Below, one piece after another: positions 52,331-64,000 of a stretch of 64,000 nucleotides of DNA. The translations under genes and the position numbers were made by a program. The DNA comes from Macrostomum lignano (taxonomy: Eukaryota), in NCBI GenBank assembly GCA_002269645.1, contig NIVC01000397.1, positions 184,463-248,462 of the forward strand, in the 5' to 3' direction. The notes under the pieces were generated by a model. The model did not search any database. It saw only the letters and a list, made by a program, of their open reading frames with translations, and was not told where the DNA came from. Position 1 is the first letter of the stretch. Each line of letters opens with the position of its first letter.

Positions 52331-52464
52331 ACCCTAGTTTAGCTCGCTGAAGTCGGTCTAAACCAAGTTTAAGCAGATTTGCTCCCAAGTTTACTTCCAG
52401 TTTAAACCACTAGCCAACCATCCGCGTGTCACTAGGACAAGTCGCTCTAACGCAATAGCAGTTG

Positions 52465-53427
52465 TCACAACACCTGGCAATAAGCATCTGCTGCAGCATC
52501 CGTGGCGACGACGGCGGCGGCGGCTGCTTCATCTTTTCGTCTCGTCCGACGATAGCCGACAAACTCAGCGACGGGGCAGTCCAGCGGCGTCAGCTCGATG
52601 CAGTCCAAATAGACGCCCTCCTTCAGATGGCTCTTGCTAATCCGGCTGTTGACAATCTGTATTCGGATGCCGCTGCAGCGCGGCAGGCTCAGGCGGCCGA
52701 GTCGAAGGCAGAACCAGCGCTCGAAGCCGTGTCTGAAGGCCAGACTGCGCCACTTCCGCTCGGGAATGCGAGCTCGGAGCAGGCAATCGAGCCTGGGCGC
52801 ATCCGGCACCAGCAGCACCTCAGTGACGCCCTGTAGGCGCCAGTGAGCACCGAGTTTCGCCCGCAGAGTCACCTGATAGGTGCCTTTAGGCAGGCCCGGC
52901 ACGTAGTCGTGAATGCTCAGACGGCTGCCCTCTGATCCGATGCCGGACCTGCCGGAGCCCGCGACAACCGCTGCATTGCGGCAGTTCAAATCGTGCAGGT
53001 AGACAACGCGCCCAGAGTAGCTGTCTGCTTCTTCAAGCGACGGCAGGTAGGTGCCATTGTTTAGACTCTCCACAGGGATGCAGAGCTTCCGTTCCAACGC
53101 GTGGTTCAAGGATCCGTACAGCGATTCTCTGGAGCTGGATCGCGGTCCAGCCGACGTCCAGAACACCTCGGCGCCGAACAGTCTGCAGTTCTCCGGGCTG
53201 GTCTGGCACAGGCTGAGCAAGTCGTCGCTGCTCAAATGAGAAGAGATCCTACGCAGACACTCGTAGGGTAAGCGGCTGAGGGAAAACTCGAATTGTTGTT
53301 GATCGTCACCTGCTGTTGCCACCTCCAAGCCATCGAGTTCGTCTGATCTCATCGATTGAACTTGAAACTCGTCCAATATTGACAACTGTTGAGTACGCCT
53401 ACTCAATGCTGAGCTGCTGGAGCCCAT
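52465..53427 (-). CDS. Intronless F-box protein (320 aa) with an N-myristoylation motif and a PP2/Nictaba-like C-terminal domain
   Basis: MGSSSS start; F-box LSRLPYECLRRISSHLSSDDLLSLCQT; C-terminal GLPKGTYQV..WFCLRLGRL..LKEGVYLDCIELTP. Confidence 0.8.
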   Translation of the reverse strand: MGSSSSALSRRTQQLSILDEFQVQSMRSDELDGLEVATAGDDQQQFEFSLSRLPYECLRRISSHLSSDDLLSLCQTSPENCRLFGAEVFWTSAGPRSSSRESLYGSLNHALERKLCIPVESLNNGTYLPSLEEADSYSGRVVYLHDLNCRNAAVVAGSGRSGIGSEGSRLSIHDYVPGLPKGTYQVTLRAKLGAHWRLQGVTEVLLVPDAPRLDCLLRARIPERKWRSLAFRHGFERWFCLRLGRLSLPRCSGIRIQIVNSRISKSHLKEGVYLDCIELTPLDCPVAEFVGYRRTRRKDEAAAAAVVATDAAADAYCQVL

Positions 53428-55499
53428 TATTAGGGAATCGAACTGTGACGCAAACTTGCGTGGTAGACGTGTTATCGACCTAGACACGGGAAATAGAGAG
53501 TTATAATTTATCCCCACCGGGGAGGCGGCGGTGGGGCTGGGCGAGCCCTCTCGTGCAGCCTTCGCGTCCAGTAGAATTCGACCGACCAGTTTTGTCGATT
53601 CCTTTTTTCAGACAGAGAAAAGGAATATGAGAGAGAAGAGCTAAGCCTACACATGACATGCCTAAACTAGGCTTACTACTATAAGGCATTGAATTAGACC
53701 TAGGTTGTGCTGTACCTGTACTGTAGCTTAGTAGAGATTTTTTAATAAAATAATTGGTTCTAATTCTAAATTCTAATACTATGGTATTAAACGAACTAAC
53801 AAGTCTGGTTTATTTAAGTCAAGTTAATTGTGTTGTTTAAAAGGTAATCTAGCCACTTGGTATAGGCCTACTCCTACTCCTAGGCCTAGGCCAGCCCCAG
53901 TGGGCCTAGCCAGGTAGAAGTTTAGTAGTAGGTAGGCGGTAGGCCTAGTAATTGAGTGAGTTGAGTTGAGTAGAAAAAAGTAGGGCCTAAGCCTTTGCTT
54001 CCCATATAGTCATATGCAAAAAATATCAGTTTTTATTCTAGAGAGTAAGAGAGACTAAGAGTGAGTGCAATTCTAGGTTTAGACCTAATTAGAAAAAATA
54101 ACCAGATATTGCTATAAAGTAGGCTATAATGCTAATATTGTATTGGCCATTTAAAAATATTTGACTTTGAAAAAGTTCTTGGCTATAAAGTAGTGTATAT
54201 TTCATTGCTATATTATAATATTAAATAGGCCGGCTTCCAGACAGTCTGGCAACACAGCCATGTCCCACTCATGAGGCCATTCTATCCTCGGAAAACACGG
54301 CCTTGCAGCCCAGCAATGAATGTAGCGGTGTAGTGCTGCATGTATTTCTGGCTTTATTTTACGTTGTATTGAAAACATTTGTGCACATATGCACAAAAAA
54401 GTTCTTTCATTGAAACGGTTATACCCTTTTACATTTTACATATATATTGGCAATGCCAATGGCTTAATTTAATTTAAGCAGTTCTATACACCTAAAAATA
54501 TGGGCCCTAAAATTTATGCTTTTTCTTCAGTTAGTGTTATGGTATATAAAAGGCGCATATATCCAAGACCTATCTATATAATATAATGGTATTTCTATAT
54601 ATAAATAGTAATGTTAATTGCTAAATAAAAAATAGAGCTTGACTAGTAAACCATTTGCTAGTATATAACTGGGTTATTATTTTTTATTAACAGAGCCAGA
54701 TTTGTCTATATTGTTGATATATTTCTAGCCAAAGCATTATAGTATTAGTTGCCTATATTAGCTATTAGCTATGCCTTGCCTAGATATAGTATAGGGCCTT
54801 AATTCTATCTAGCCTAGGATAGAACTCTATAGCTTTAAGGACTTAATTTTAATGTAGGCCTATTAAGTTTTTAATCCATTTTACACAAAATTGACTATTT
54901 GATTTGATATCAAACCTATTTAATTTAAGCCCTAGGCCTAGCCAAAATAAATCATTGCTAAATAGAATTGAAATTTAAAATTAAATATACTAGGCCTAGC
55001 CTACCAAAATTTATATATACCAAGTTATATATAGTGCTAGGCCTAGGGCTAAAGAAAAGTTGAACCCTAATAATACTATTAATTATACTAATGAATTAGT
55101 GAGTAAACTTGAAGCCTGCCTACTAGGCCTAATATAAATAATTAAGCATACAAGCAAATATTAGAGATTTAGTATATTTGGTTTGGATTAATATATTCTA
55201 ATTAGGTCTATATTTGATTCAAAATAGCTAAGCCTACCTAAGCTTTAGCTCAGGCTAAAGATAAAAGCATGAATTTAGCCTTTTTATTGGATTAAAATAT
55301 GTTTAGTTAGCATGCTTGGGTTGGGTGTAAACCCTTTTTCATCTTTCTATATCCTCTTTTCTTATTCTCTATCTTCTATCCTTATACTCTTTTCTACCCT
55401 TTTTACCCTCCCCTCACCTTTTGATCCTATCCTCTTCAACCTATCTCTACCCTCTTCTACTAGGTTCTACCCTTGTTTATAGCTTTACATTTATTTGTG

Positions 55500-56290
55500 G
55501 CTTCATTCTCTTAGCCCTAGCCCTAGCCCCAGCTTAGCCCTAGCTTGAGATCAAGCCCCAGCTCAAGCTCTAGCCACACCACAGCCCTAGCAGCCAGCTC
55601 TAGCTTAAGCTCAAGCACTAGCCCAGTCCTAGCCCTATCCCACTCTATCCCAGCCCCTAATCTAGCCCTAACCTTAGCCCTAGCCCTAGTTCCTCCCCTA
55701 GCCCTGGCCTTAGCCTTAGTGCTTGTTATCCCTGCCCCAGCTCTGGCCCTATCACTATCCTGCCCCAGCCCTAGCCCTTGCCCTAGCCCCAGCCCTAGCC
55801 CCAGCCCCAGCCTTTGCCCTAGCCCTAGCCTTAGCCCAAGCCCCAGCCTTAGCCCCAGCCCCAGCCTTTGCCCTAGCCTTAGCCCAAGCCCTTGCCCTAG
55901 CCTTAGCCCAAGCCCAAGCCCAAGCCCTAGCCCTAGCCCTTGCCCCTGCCCTAGCCCTAGCCCCAGCCCTTGCCCTAGCCTTAGCCCTAGCCTTAGCCCA
56001 AGCCCAAGCCCAAGCCCAAGCCCTAGCCTTAGCCTAAGCCCTTGCCCCTGCCCCTGCCCCTGCCCCTGCATTTGCCCTAGCCCCAGCTCCAGCCCCTGCC
56101 CTTGCCCTAGCCCTAGCCCCAGCCCCTGCCCTTGCCCTAGCCCTAGCCCTAGCCCCAGCCCTACCCCACCCCCAGCCCTACCCCACCCCAGTGCCAGCCC
56201 TACCCCATCTCAGCGCCAGCCCTACCCCATCCCAGTCTTGGCCCTAGACCCCCAGAACTGGCCCTTTCACTATCCTAGCCCTAACCCCAG
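55500..56290. repeat. 6-bp (GGGCTA/GGGCAA/GGGGCT)n array on the - strand
   Basis: ccctag/cccaag/ccccag units on the + strand. Confidence 0.93.
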
Positions 56291-57209
56291 CAGAATTATA
56301 CTTCTTTGACTCCTGCACCCCTGCACTCCCTACACCCCGTGCACTCCACATGTGCTGTTTGTATTTTTATGAATGCTTTTTTGTTGCTTTAATCATTAAT
56401 TCCTCCCAGGCAGTCCTTCTAGGCTATCTTTCCTAGGCAGCCCCCAGGCAAACCTTTCAAGGCAGCTTTCCCAGGCAAACCCTCCCAGACAGCCCCCCAC
56501 CCTCCTCTACTCTTCTATCCTCTCCTTACTCTTCTCTACCCTTTATCCTCCTACTCTCCTCTACTATCCTACACACCTCTATCCTTCTCTACCCTCTACC
56601 CTTTCTCTACCCTCTTCTACCAGCTCCTCCCCTCCTCTGCAGCTATACCCTTGTCTATTGCCTTAACCTCCGTTACCAGCCTCACCCCCTACTCTCCTCT
56701 ACCAGCTCCTACCCTTCTCTGCCCTTCTACCATTTCCTACCCTCCTACCTTCTACTCTCCCCTGCCCTGCTCTACCCTTCGACACTTTCCCTTCTCTCTT
56801 CTACCAGCTCCTACCCTCCTCTACCAACTCTTACCCTCCTAGCCTCCGCCATCAGCTCCTACCCTCCTATAACAGGAGGAATAACAGGATAATGAACCTA
56901 GATTAGATTCTATCTACTATACTAGGTTAGTAGCCTATCCTACCTACTAGGCTAGTAAATATAATACCTATCATTCTACCGTCTAGACTTATAGGTGCTA
57001 ATCTACTTTATAGTCTGTTAGGCTTCGCGGGTCAACCTGCTAGTCTTCTAGGTACAAATCCACTCTATCTACCTGACTAGTAGTTGCTAAACAACTCTGT
57101 ACCCTACAAGGCTAGTAGTCCTAATATACCTATCTACGAGCTCGTACTAGGCAAGTTGTGCATAACTGCCCTACCTTATATGCTAATAGTTGCTCAAATA
57201 TTCCTTTTA

Positions 57210-58086
57210 ACAACAACAACAACAAAATACGCTGTCATGATGGTAAAGGTCAGCGTCACAGGGCGCGCTTCATGGCTTGGGCGCGAACAAAGGCCGCGCC
57301 ACCGGCAGTGTCCGGGGCGCCGGCGTCAGCCAGCAGACAGTCGACATAACGCCGAGTTCGCGCTTGACCTCGCCGGTAGGGTGCCTGCAGCGTGAGCAGC
57401 AGCACCTCCTGCACCGGCTGTGGGCAGTACGACTCGGCGCGGATGAGATGGCCTGCGAGCTGGAGTCGCCGACGGCGCAGTAGATCACTTGGACGTGGCA
57501 GGCCAGCGCGGCGATAGAGTGCCGCGTTGGTGACTCGCTCGACGCCGATGTTGAAGGCGGCGCGCAGCAGACCAGCGTGCGCCGCATCGACTTGCTGTTC
57601 GAGTGAGTCCGTCAGCGTCCAGGTCTCGGCGTTGTACAGCAGGACGGTCTCGATTACCGCCTGGAACAGCGCCGCCCTCTGGCGGTCCGGTAGGGCCTCG
57701 GACTGCAGGACTGCCCTCACAGAACGAAAGGCAGCCCAGGCAAGCCCGCGGCGGCGTCGCAGGTCCTCGCGAGCGTCTGGAACCAGACCGCCGAGGTAGA
57801 CGAACTGCTGACATCGCGGGAGTTCGGTCGCCTGCCCGTCAGCGCCTCGGCAAAATATTGCAGCCTCGATGTCGTCCGGCACGCAGAGCACAACGGTCTT
57901 CTGCGTGTTGACCACCAGGCCGACACTCGCCGCAACGGCAACCAGCCTGTCCAGCTGCCGTTGGGCGCCCTCGACGGTCGAGGACAGCAGGGCGAGGTCA
58001 TCGGCGTAGCCAAGCACGCTGAGCCGCTTCTCCGGTTGACGTCGACCCACGCGTCGCTGCAGCAGAAAACCGTCGTCGTCGGTAGG
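57210..58086 (-). mobile_element. 5'-truncated RTE-like LINE with 10-bp TSD and (TTG)n tail
   Basis: YADDLALL, FVYLG, LLYNAETW; TSD attcctttta at 57200-09 and 58087-96; the ORF is intact to its stop. Confidence 0.92.
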
Positions 58087-58689
58087 ATTCCTTTTAGAAG
58101 CTTCTGAGTAGTTGAAGTCAGTTTGCTTAAGGTCTTTCACTCTCCCTTTTTCTCTTTGCTATTCTCCCCTAGCCTTGATATTCTTCTCCTTACCCATCCT
58201 TGCTATTCTCTTACCTTCCTTCTATTACTGTTTTTTTCTTTTATATTCCCTGCTGAACTTCCCCTCCTCCTCTATCCTTTTCATTCCCTTCCTCCTCTAT
58301 CCTTGTTGCTATTTCCCTTCTCCATTCTCCTTGTCCCCCATTCTCCTTGCTATTCCTCTTTGCTTTGCTCCTTTTTCTCCCCTTCAGACCCAGCCCTTTA
58401 CTCCCTTTCAGACCTGACCCTCTCCTCCATTCAGTACCCACCCTCTCCTCCCCTTCAGATTCCACCCTCTCCTCCCTTCAGATTCCACCCTCTCCTCCCC
58501 TACAGATCCCACCCTCTCTTCCCCTTCAAACCCTCTTCTCCCCTTTAGACCCCAGCCTCTTCTCCCCTTCAGACCCCACCCTTTTCTTCTTTCCAGCCTC
58601 ACCTCGTAGCTCTGCTAATTAAACTTTAACTATTCTTTTCAGAAGAAGTGAAGAAGAATTTATCTCCTTCCTCTCTTCAGAATATCCTC

Positions 58690-59460
58690 GCATCGGTCTT
58701 GTGGTCATTCTACGTGCCGTAGCGACTGGTCGCAGCAACCATAACTCTCTACCGCCGCCGTAATGGCACCTGACGTACTGTCCAACCTGTTCAACACGAC
58801 CTCAGGGTGCTGCAGAGCGACACACTTGCGGCCTACCTTTTCGTTTTGGTGCTCGATGGGGTGCTACGGAGGGCCCTGCCAACAGATGAGGACGGCTTCC
58901 TACTGTGGCTGCAAACAAACAGCCGCCATCTGGAGTCGGCGTAACCCAGGAGCTGTTGGAGCTGTTTGCCTCTACGGCTGAGGGAGCCCAGCGCATGCTA
59001 GACAGCCTGGTGGCAGCTGCGGCATCGGTCGGGCTAGCGGTAAACATCGAGAAGAGGCAGGTGATGTGTACCTGCGGAGCTGCCTATCAAAATCACCTGC
59101 TGGGACGCCCGACGATCGTGCATTGGCTCTACCTCGCTGCACGCGCTTCACGTACCTCGGCAGTCTTGTGCCCAGTGTCCAGGAGGACTTGGCGCGACGC
59201 AGGGGCCTGGCCTGGGTTGCCTTCCGCTCTATCCGAGTTGTCCTGTAGGACGCCGCGCTGCCAGACTGCTGCGACGACCTAGCGAGACCCTCCGCAGGCA
59301 AAGACTTCAACTGGCGGGCCACACCATTCGGCGGAGGCTTACTGTTCTCAACCAGTGCAGGACGTCCTGCTACTCACGATGCAGGGCCCCTGGCCCCGAG
59401 GCTACGGCCGGGCGAGCCGCTACGCGGATTGCTTGCTAGATGACGCTGGGGTGATCGGCT
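58690..59460 (+). mobile_element. Degenerate copy of the same RTE-like LINE
   Basis: TTSGVLQ.DTLA.YLFVLVLD.VL, PTDEDGFLL and FTYLG.LVP across several frameshifts. Confidence 0.82.
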
Positions 59461-60603
59461 AGGAATTCTGTTGCCGCCTTCAGAGAGCTCGCACCGAGAA
59501 AACTGATCTGACACCACCTCCGTTGTGAACTGTACTCTGTTGAGTCCCCGGCGGTTTGCCTTGTTGTTGTCTCTACAGAATAATTTGCCCAGCTGCGAAC
59601 TGTGATGGTGCATATCGCGTACTCACGATTCAAAAGTTTATGCTTCTTACTGTTTCACTGATCTAATTCCAAACCTACCACGCAAACTATTTACTTTTAA
59701 TTCCGTGTGCTTTTCTTGTGTTTTACTTTTTACCGTTTGGTGTCAATGCTATTTATTGCGTGTAATATTGTCGCAAAATTCAACTTCGGATGTCAATATT
59801 TAGCTACTGCCGCTGTTCTGCATTACAAATACTTCCGCATGTACTGACGTAACATTGCGCCAATAATTTTACATTGCGTGGCGTCGAAACCAATCTGCTG
59901 TTGAATGCTACTAGCGTAGCTAATGGCCGTTTGAATCTCTTGAAATACACTAAAATGTCATGCTGTAGTATTGCTGTTGAAGATCTAAACGAGACTAGCC
60001 ATACTCCCTACTGATCCATATGCTTCTCAAGCAAGGTATACGGAAAGCAGAATGAGCAGCAAACTTAGTATTTGATCTTTGGATCCCTTATAGAACCAAG
60101 GGAAGGGATCTAGTCTAGATGTAACATTTAAATAAAAATTCTTGATATAATGGAATGCAATAAATGCCAACCGAAGTAATTTTTTAACTTCCACTTTCCC
60201 CGAGTTTGACCACTTTCTCTGCTACAGGCTTAAGCTAAACCAACGCAAAATACGAGCCTGAATAAAAAACAACTCACTCCACAACCTTAAGCTTCATATT
60301 TCTTTCTGCCACTGCTGTGTCTTGCAATACTCATAAATCCTGTGACTTCGCTTCACAGATGTTGCTTGAGAAACATATGCCGTCCCATTTGAATTGGCGC
60401 AAGTCTCTTTTACATCGTCAAAAGCAATATGTCTGGTGCCAATTATATTTGTGCCGATCAAACTTCCTAGAGAATGATTTGTTGATAACTACATGTCCCT
60501 GTCTTGAAGCTTGCACGCTGTCTTTAACCATTATTTTGTCGGTGTACAACGTGGAACCGATCAGACAAGTTGGTCGTAAATTCCCTAAAATCCTGGATAG
60601 GGG

Positions 60604-61135
60604 CTGAGCTGTTGGGGAAGAGCTAGGCGGCAAGCAGCGGAGCTGTTGGGGGAGCCGCGGTAGGCAGCGGAGCTGTTGGGGGAGCCGCGGTAGGCAGCGG
60701 AGCTGTTGGGGGAGAGGCGGTAGGCAGCGGAGCTGTTGGGGGAGCCGCGTTAGGCAGCGGAGCTGCTGGGGGAGCCGCGGTAGGCAGCGGAGCTGTTGGG
60801 GAAGAGCTAGGCGGCAAGCAGCGGAGCTGTTGGGGGAGAGGCGGTAGACAGCGGAAATGTTGGGGGAGCCGCGGTAGGCAGCGGAGCTGCTGGGGGAGAG
60901 GCGGCAAGCAGCGGAGCTGTTGGGGGAGCCGCGGTAGGCAGCGGAGCTGTTGGGGGAGAGGCGGTAGGCAGCGGAAATGTTGGGGGAGCCGCGGTAGGCA
61001 GCGGAGCTGTTGGGGGAGCCGCGTTAGGCAGCGGAGCTGCTGGGGAAGCCGCGGTAGGCAGCGGAGCTGCTGGGGGAGAGGCGGCAAGCAGCGGAGCTGC
61101 TGGGGGAGACGCGGTAGGCAGCGGAGCTGTTGGGT
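60604..61135. repeat. 30-bp G-rich minisatellite, ~17 copies
   Basis: Unit taggcagcggagctgttgggggagccgcgg. Confidence 0.95.
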
Positions 61136-61373
61136 GAAGGAGGAGGTGGCATACATGTAAGTACATGTAGGTTTCTATGCGATCATATTCCACAGAAGTC
61201 GCCTTCAAAATTGGATACATGTTCAGCGTTCGAAAAATGAATCCCTCTCTGTGCATCCCTCCCTGGTGGTACCAAAGAATACCATTTTGTCAATCAAGTT
61301 TAGGATTGCCCATTAACCTACAGATCGTAGAAAGCGAAAACAATGAGGAAAGTGAAGCCTTTTGACGGGTCGC

Positions 61374-61535
61374 TTTCATAAGACCGAAATTTTACAACGC
61401 CTAAAACTACTGCACGATGCTTTCACAAGACCGAAACTTCATAAGACCGACCGAGACACAACGCCGAAAACTGACCAAGGTCAAAGGGCCCTGCATTTTG
61501 AGTTTTTGGCGTTGTGAAATTTCGGTCTTATGAAA
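61374..61535. mobile_element. Small MITE-like inverted repeat
   Basis: Perfect 19-bp IR tttcataagaccgaaattt extending imperfectly to ~35 bp; the same motif recurs internally. Confidence 0.55.
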
Positions 61536-62229
61536 TCCCCCTTTTACGAAGCCGATGAGTTCGTCCCGTAGTGTACTAACTAATATCCGAGTTTAAATGT
61601 ATTATTCTATAATTTAATTCGCTGCCTGTCAGCCACGATGGATCTATACAGGGAGCGGAGATTAATTTACATGTATGTACTCGTATATTACATGTATATA
61701 AACATAACAATTCATATCTTACTTCCTTGGCTCTTTCTTTACCAGTGGAATGGCCGTCTATGGCCAAAAGTCATTAAATTGTTGCCTGAGAATTCAAAAC
61801 GAGACCGATTGTAGAGCCACTCATTAATTTTTTTCTTGAAGCTGAAGTTTTTGATGAATACGCTCGAAATCACGTGCGACATCACCCTTGGGCAGTCCAG
61901 CCCGATGAAGTGTCGTTGCTACAGATTGTCCAGCAGTCAAAAGTTGACATTCATGTCAATGTTGATATCCACTTCTTCCATGTTGAAAATTGAATACTGA
62001 AGCAATCCACTCGCTCAGCAAATTCAGCCTACCCCTTCATTTTGCTCCTATAAAATACACTAGCTACTGTAGTATTGTGTTGCCTGTTTTATTCAGTTTA
62101 TGTCAGAAAGGGCTCTCTCCGCCTACCCTTTAACTCGTAATATCTGTGGAGTAAGTATATTTATCATTTATTGCGAATGATGCAACTTACGGCATGCGCG
62201 AAGCTCATTGGCACTTGGGGGTTGCACAG

Positions 62230-62520
62230 GACAACGCACCGCCACACCGAGCCGATGCTGTTAGTCAACCGAAAGAACAGCTACAGCTGCGCACCCTGCG
62301 CTGGTCCCGGTCCCCAGACATGAACCCCATCGAGTAATGTCTGGGACTTCCTAAAACGCGGCATTCAAAAAGAGAATCCACCACAGAATGTTGTGGAGTT
62401 TCGTCATGTCATCGAAAACGCTTGACAGCAGCTTCCCCAGGACTTTCTGCGCCGCCTCATCCTTTGGAATGCCCCGCAGTCGCCGCACTTCTGTGTGCGA
62501 GGGGATCCCACACGCGTTAT
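62230..62520 (+). pseudogene. Tc1 transposase C-terminal fragment
   Basis: QDNAPPHRA and SPDMNPIE.VWDFLKR motifs, with stops and indels. Confidence 0.85.
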
Positions 62521-63224
62521 AACCCACCGCGATTGAAACTGCACATTGCATAAAAATGAACAAACTGTTGATTTTGCGCGACTGACGTTTATTGATTCAA
62601 TCAACTTTCCCTTCCCCCGCGGCAGCTTAGTTGCGCGTTGAGGGCGGATTGCGAGTGAAAAGTTGTGATAAGTGAGAAAATTTTCATCTCGCTTGGAGGA
62701 TGGAACTTTTGACTGTTTGACTGCACTTTTTATTCCGGACTGATCCCATTATTGCATCATCTAAAATAATTCGATTGCCATGCTTAATTTCCATCCAATT
62801 CGTCAAGAGACTGAAACGATTAATTCGATCATATGTGACCAAGAAAATTCTAGGTCAGTGACTTCACTTTCTGTTTAAAAATACCAGCAGTGATATACTC
62901 ATTAATAGTTCTATATTGACCGAGGACAACACGCTGCTTTCAACGAAAGATTTAGGAGGGGAGACTTTGGCCTGAAGCCCCCATTCATCCCATAGCCAGC
63001 CAAGCCCCTGAAATTTGGTAAATAGTAGTGTAGTCAGTAGTCATTATACATGTATGGGGTATTTTCGTTGAAAATAAAAGTTTTGTGCCAATTGAGTAGA
63101 GCTCATATTCTTTTGCTCCTACATTAAGGTGCAGTTTTTTTGCGGTGCCCACCCTTCCTATGCGCACTTCCCTTGCCAGCAGTGCCCGAAGTTGATTCTA
63201 TACTCTTATACTCGTACATGTATA

Positions 63225-63812
63225 CACTCAGCAACAGTCAAAACCGCCACCCTACCGAGAGAGGCGACTTCTCTCTCACCTCAACTGCAAGTGCCGTAAC
63301 TTGCGCCACGTGGCTAAAGCTGGGTGAGAGTGAATTCCAGGGTGAGAGTACAAAAGGGACTGGGGTTGGGGTGCAACAGTACACGTGACAATGGTCAGGC
63401 AATGACAGACGCTGAACGATGGCGCGCTGTTGGCATGCCAGAAGCTGGTGCATCCATCAGCGCAGTTGCTCGCCAATTTGGTCGATCACGTTCAACAATT
63501 CGAGCGCTGTTAACGAAGTCCCAAGAGACTGGTAGTGTTCAGCATGCAGCCATAGGCAGCCAGCGCCATGATCTCCGCGGCTCAACAGCCAGGGCAAATT
63601 GACGTCTGCTGCGGATTGTCAGGCGAACTTCGACCGCGCCAGCAGCCACCCTGCTCTGTGTCTAATGTGGGGTGAAAGAAGCAGATTGCCCTCTCCTGCA
63701 TTCACTCTCACCCAGCTTTAGCCACGCCGTGGCGCAAGTTACGTCACTTGCAGTTGAGGTGAGAGAGAAGTCGCCTCTCTCGTAGGGTGGCGGTTTTGAC
63801 TGTTGCTGAGTG
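63225..63812 (+). mobile_element. Internally deleted Tc1 element (588 bp)
   Basis: ~120-bp TIRs starting CACTCAGCAACAGTCAAAACCGCC, TA flanks; the interior encodes only the HTH MTDAERWRAVGM..SISAVARQFGRSRSTIRALL..QETGSV. Confidence 0.88.
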
Positions 63813-64000
63813 TAGTTTTGGCAAACTTGGTTACAAAAAGGTACGGCTCGTACAGTAAACATGTATTACCATCTGGCATCTGGGTGACGGTTTTAAATGT
63901 TGCTAGGGCTGTGACCTGGGTGCTCTACTCCACTCTAACTTGATGCCTGTAAGGCTTAGTTTCCGATCATTTACTTCATTTACTAATTTAAGCTGTCGCG

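Noticed and set aside
52465-53427. F-box C-terminus as an FBA (FBXO2/6/27) domain
   Set aside because: Lacks the RNLL.NP, K.Q.IDL and FW.G.YG motifs; the PP2-type motif order fits better.
55523-56309. GL-, SP- and AQAL-repeat ORFs
   Set aside because: Frames of a 6-bp repeat with no supporting gene structure.
60623-61256. Pro-rich ORFs (PQQLRCLP.., TAPLP..)
   Set aside because: Frames of a 30-bp minisatellite.

Overview
This is eukaryotic (invertebrate) genomic DNA, not prokaryotic: it has GT-AG introns, LINEs, SINEs, Tc1/mariner elements and many minisatellites. The repeat families and codon style suggest a flatworm such as Macrostomum, but that is inference only. From left to right: (1) 1-9548 is a young Ty3/gypsy LTR retrotransposon on the + strand. 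Its 5' LTR is cut by the window edge; it has a tRNA-Leu-like PBS, gag, a GGGAAAC -1 site, PR-RT-RH, a long repeat-containing tether, IN, a non-env 380-aa third ORF with a VIDLT SUMO-interaction-like motif, a PPT and a 1133-bp 3' LTR. It sits antisense in an intron of (2), a secreted multi-CUB gene on the - strand (9566-21435). That gene has a signal-peptide exon plus 18 one-domain phase-1 exons arranged as a 7-8 domain super-repeat, and it continues beyond the window. (3) A probable solo LTR with four AP-1 sites lies just upstream of that gene, followed by nested LINEs and a mariner MITE. (4) A 10-exon, ~958-aa DTHD1-like gene (coiled coil/SAH-ZU5-ZU5-UPA-Death; - strand, 31789-44426) carries a different tandem repeat in most introns. 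(5) A block of unrelated minisatellites occupies 45-51 kb, followed by a CORE-type SINE. (6) An intronless, probably N-myristoylated F-box protein with a PP2/Nictaba-like C-terminal domain lies at 52465-53427 (-). (7) The right end holds a (GGGCTA)n array, RTE-like LINE fragments and Tc1 relics. All calls were made by eye with no database searches. Family assignments rely on remembered motifs.
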